Shown here piece by piece: positions 55,044 to 59,865 of a DNA stretch of 59,865 bases. Numbering within the stretch: the stretch's first letter is position 1; each line of letters starts with the position of its first letter. The position numbers and the translations under genes are program-made. The notes beneath the pieces are model-generated. The model saw nothing but the letters and a program-made list of their open reading frames with translations. It was not told where the DNA came from and ran no database searches. Origin of the DNA: Bigelowiella natans CCMP2755 (lineage: Eukaryota > Protista > Cercozoa); NCBI GenBank assembly GCA_000320545.1, contig ADNK01000579.1, forward strand, positions 1-59,865, given 5' to 3'.

Positions 55044-55436
55044 ATGAGTGTGTTTTTGTGTCGAGGAAATTTGTATTTGATACAAGTATTATGATTCGAG
55101 AAAACGACACATTGATTGGCATCTTACTGCCGGTATCATGATTTTGACTAACATGTCGTTAGGGAGAATCATATTCATTTTAGTATGCCAACTTTAATAC
55201 CTCTTCAACTCCGTCTTTGACTAATGTGAAAAGCCGAATATGTTGACGGCTAATGCGCATACATTCAGGAAACTGTGGGAACTGGTCGCGACCAAGCATG
55301 AATTCGTTCTCCTTTCCATCTTTTGAAACATAAGACAAACCAGATACAAACAATCAGACATGCTCAAATGTGGCAATTCTACACAAACATACAAGTCTAA
55401 ACGGTACATACATGAACATAAATATGGCATAATATT

Positions 55437-55467
<31 letters not shown>

Positions 55468-55472
55468 TGTGT

Positions 55473-55514
<42 letters not shown>

Positions 55515-56193
55515 AAATATATGAAGAGAGCTTTGGATAAAAGAAACAGGGAGTGTGGAATATACAAGCTAATAGTTGGCAAACAAAGAACATGTGAATT
55601 CTCCCTTTCTTCTACTCGCGTGTCATATCCATTACGTCGCTCCAAATCGATGGTTTCATAACTTTGTTTGTCCTCAGATTCGAGATATCCCCATCTGTCC
55701 GGAATGGGTACCGTTTCTTCTTCTCTGCGCGAAAGGGAAGGGTTACCTTCCTTCGAATCCATGGAAACTGGAATAGAGTTGACATTTTTTCCATCTTGAG
55801 ATTATGAGTTTATACGTACCATCACGCTGGGTACGTACCTTTTTGAGGTCCAGCTCTACTCTGCATGCTCACTTCACCGTCTTTGGCGTTTTTTTGGGCG
55901 TGGTCGACTGGTGTTCTTTGGAATCGTCAACTGTAGCGCAATTGCTATAGCGTGGTCCGTGGTGCAGGTGTGGTGTGCAGATAAATATCAGTGTCCCAAG
56001 ATTTGGTGTTAATACTACAGCGACAGGCATTCAGACGCAATTTTCCCCCTTAACCTCACTACTTTGAACATAAATCTAAGGTCGCTGACCACGAATGGAT
56101 TGCGTTATTACCACTAGACTACTACTACTACTACTTCTATGTAGCCGGCTGCTGCTGCTGCTGCTGCTGCTGTAACGAACGGACGTAACCGCA

Positions 56194-56288
56194 TAGATCT
56201 AGATCTAGATAGATCTATAATAGATCTAATAGATCTACTACTACGCTCGTAGATCTAGATCTAGATGATGTCGTCTACGTAGATCTAC
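56194..56288. promoter_or_regulatory. Cluster of palindromic TAGATCTA motifs in a divergent intergenic region
   Basis: Eight AGATCT cores within ~95 bp between the NYN gene and MOCS3. The regulatory role is inferred from position only. Confidence 0.4.
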
Positions 56289-56499
56289 CACGAGTAATAG
56301 AAAATAATACTAAAACCCACTTTCAACAAATAATAGAGGCAATTTTATCCCAGTGACATCTGAAACAAAATATTTTTGTTGGTGTTGGCTTTTGAATACG
56401 TACGACAATGCATTAGGTATTATATTTGGGCATATCGCCCTATGATTAATCAATAACAGGGAGAAAGTATTTCGTCACAACAAAGAAGCACTTCGAAGA

Positions 56500-58582
56500 A
56501 TGGAGGGGACGACGACGTGCATGGGTAACTATCGTATGATGATTGGATCGTGTACTATGCGTCAAAAGACCCACTCTGAATAGTGACATTTTTCATCACA
56601 ACGCTAACATTATTATGGTGATTTGTTAGAATGCGAACGCCTCCGCAGAAGGATTAAAGAACTCGAAGCGGAAGTGCACTGTCTGCGAATGAAGCATGAA
56701 AATACACCCCCCTCAAGACAATACGATTCAAATTCCTGTAAAGGCATAGTGCTTGAAAGCGGTCACCTACATAACTTATCAAACGATGCGATTAAAAGGT
56801 GCAGCTTTTTTGTACACGATGAATTCCACGTTCGTGTTCTGAGGCACTTCCTCCTTCGTAATAAATTCGAACCCCCTCGCAATACAAGGTATGGGCGACA
56901 GATAATCTTGAAGAAGATCGGGGTTCACGGACAAGCTCGAATATCCAACACGAAGGTGTTACAAAGTTGGATGAGGAAGCACTTGCTATCACCGTCAGCA
57001 GATATGAATTGTTTGGCATATTGGTTCTTCTTCATCATTCTTCTTTCTCAGGTGCTCGTAGTTGGAGCTGGAGGTCTAGGATCGACTGCCTGCCTTTACA
57101 TGGCGGCAGCAGGAGTCCATACTCTTGGTCAGTGTATATTGTCAGATTAATGCATCACATCACACTCTTCACATATGATTTTACTTATCCACAGTTGATA
57201 GTTTCTTGTGTGTACCAAAGGAGTTGTAGACCATGATATAATAGAAATGAGCAACCTTCATCGCCAAATCATTTACAGGTATTGGGTACTGCCATAGCCG
57301 CGTTCTGAATTATTTGATTCGATATTTACTTGTTATTATATGCTTACCACACTGCTTTGTGTCTTCGTGGATAACGATAGTGCCAAATGGGTTGGCCAAA
57401 GTAAAGCTAAAATGGCAGCCCGTCGTTGTAAAGAGCTAAATCCGAAAATTAATGTAAAAGCATACCCACATGCTCTCGATGAAAAGTAAGAAGCACAAAG
57501 TAGTAGTAGTAGTAGTAGTAGTATCAAATGAACAAATATATTCAGAGCTTGGGGGTGAGTATGAATGGAGAGTATTGCCTCTGCAGTGGTATATAAATGT
57601 GCAATGCAAAGAAGAGAAAGAAGAGGAGGGACAATGGAATATATCATCTTGAGAATTGAATATGTTAATATGATAGTGTTGTTTAACGGTTGGCGCTGCT
57701 ATGATTCAGAAATGCGTTCAATCTTGCTCAAGAATATGATATTTTATTGGACTGCACTGACAATGTAATACTGTAGTACTAGCAAGAATATGATATTTTA
57801 TTTAAATGCTCTGACAATGTAATAATACTATAGAACTACACCGTATTACTTCCCTCAGTGAAGTCCTTCTCTCACAACTCAAATGCATAAATTACAACTC
57901 ACCGTGAACAACAACTGATATGGATAAACCAATAACCTTGATTTTTCCCTCCATCTTCCTTCCGAACAAAAAATCAGCAGCAGCAGACACTATCCAATAG
58001 TATCGTGCTAATATTATCAACTTATTTCCCTTCTTCTCCTCTTTGTCTTCTTCCTTTTCTTTTTCCTTATTCTTCTTCTTGTTGTTATTAACATAATTGT
58101 ACATAATCTAGACCAAAAGTCGTTACCTCATTGGAAGGGCTGCAAGCAAGTTCAGGAAACCAGTTGTCATGGGGGCCGCACAGCGCATGGATGGGTTTGA
58201 TCCTTTATATCGTTCATCTTGCCATTGTTGTTGTTTGTTGTTGCTGAAAGAAAGTGAAGTATACTCTCCAATCAAATTCTTCGATCACTATTATTATATA
58301 AGTAGTAGCTTATATTGATAATCATCAGGCAAGTTGCTCTACTTGGTCATGGAGGACCTTGTTATCGTTGTATGTACCCAAATCCGAAATCACGGGTTGA
58401 AGCACGTTGTTCTGATACCGGAGTCCTTGGGGTAGGTGAGCAGTAGTAGGTGTAGTTAGTAGAATTGCATCATCATTGTCTTTGGTTAGCAGTATTAGGA
58501 GTTGTAGTTATTAGAATTGCATCATCATTTTTTTTGCTGCGCCAAGTTATTACCACTCCTCCTCCTCCTCCACCTCCTCCTC

Positions 58583-58616
<34 letters not shown>

Positions 58617-58872
58617 GGTAAATAGAGTAGCATTTTTTTCATAATAAAAGGACAATACTCACCAGCGTGGATGTGGATATTATACGATGCTTCTTTATTA
58701 CTTTCTGCCCCCCCCCCCCCCAGGTGTTGTTGCTGGTGTTGCTGTTCCTCTTTTTCCTCCCCCTTTATTAGAGTAGAGTATAAAATTAATCGCATCTTTG
58801 AATCATTCCAAGGTTATTCCGGGTATCGTTGGATGCTTGCAAGCACTGATGGCTTTGAATTGGTGAATGTAG

Positions 58873-58910
<38 letters not shown>

Positions 58911-59773
58911 CAACGACAAGAATAAGAAGAATGATGATACGAATGAGGTCCAAGGAGTTCTAAGTACTAAGGGGGGGTTAGAATATATTGTGTGAGTAAT
59001 AATAGTAAGTACTATATAAAATGGAAACAGTAGTGTTCCCCTCCATCGTTATCAATCTGCTACTCATTCGCACTTTACTAGTTAGTTATATATTTCTGCT
59101 ATATATCTCAACAACGTTTACCCGAATGAATGAATGGCGCTCTCTGCATAAAGAACAATTACAATACTAGTTAGAGCAGCGAACAATCATTATAACAAAC
59201 AACGATAATCATGATGCTGGCCCACACACCAAGTTATCAAACAATCAATGGATGATGATAAATAACCAACAAAAGGATCATTTCGGAAGAAGCGGCACCA
59301 GAGCAGAAGGATGTAAATAATAATGATAATAATAATAATAATAAATAAGGATGATGACAGACAGACAGACAGACAGACAGCACTAGTAGCCTATTACTAG
59401 CAAACGTATCATCAAGGTACTAACATACTAGTTCCCTAACATGATATACGTGTGTTGTACTATTCAAGGTGGTGGTGGTGCCTACTACTACTACTACTAC
59501 CACGAGCAGCACTCTAACCAATCCTTCCTCGAGCTGTAGTACCAACGGAATGATGATGAGAAAGAAGAAAAAGAGAGATAGGAGGAAATTACTTGTCATT
59601 GACGGATCAAACATGAGGTAGTATAGTACTAATAGTAGCTACTATTTACTATACTTCTACTAGTTGCATTTATGTCCGGGTGATGGTGGTGATGATGGTT
59701 TTTATGCTACTACTACTACTACTACTACTACTAATAATAATAATAATAATGATAATAATGCATTTATGTGGCA

Positions 59774-59806
<33 letters not shown>

Positions 59807-59865
59807 CTGGTTTACGGTGGAAGAGCTGCACCTTCTTTCTTCCCTCCTCCTCCTCCTCCTCCTCC
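56500..59865 (+). CDS. MOCS3: UBA4/MOCS3 adenylyltransferase-sulfurtransferase (ThiF/MoeB family), multi-exon, probably runs off the window
   Basis: N-terminal coiled coil, R|YGRQIIL..IGVHGQ, VLVVGAGGLGS, VDHDIIEMSNLHRQII, GQSKA, YDILLDCTDN, GPCYRCMYP, CSDTGVLG, GIVGCLQA. Confidence 0.9.

Overview
This is the left end of a eukaryotic (protist-like) chromosome; the species cannot be determined from the sequence. In order: a (CCCTAA)n telomere, a degenerate subtelomere, and a run of intron-containing host genes (U-box/ankyrin E3 ligase, an unidentified micro-exon gene, a prominin-like 5-TM protein, a histone-fold protein, a P5A-type ATPase with microsatellite-filled introns). Next is a ~13.4 kb block of dead mobile DNA (a split, partly inverted Ty3/Gypsy element, a CACTA/CMC DNA transposon, and a possible Polinton-like polB remnant), then a NYN-domain gene and UBA4/MOCS3. 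The main signal is that mobile and subtelomeric DNA is almost completely stripped of the dinucleotide TpA. The TpA sites appear converted to TpG or CpA (A:T>G:C on both strands). Conserved Tyr residues of the RT, integrase and transposase read His or Cys (YVDD>HVDD, YNLPP>HNLPP, YYWPG>HHWPG), and CCCTAA repeats read CCCTGA or CCCCAA. CTAG is selectively spared and the effect fades at block edges. This looks like a repeat- or silent-DNA-directed adenine hypermutation process running opposite to fungal RIP. All counts were made by eye and exon boundaries are approximate.
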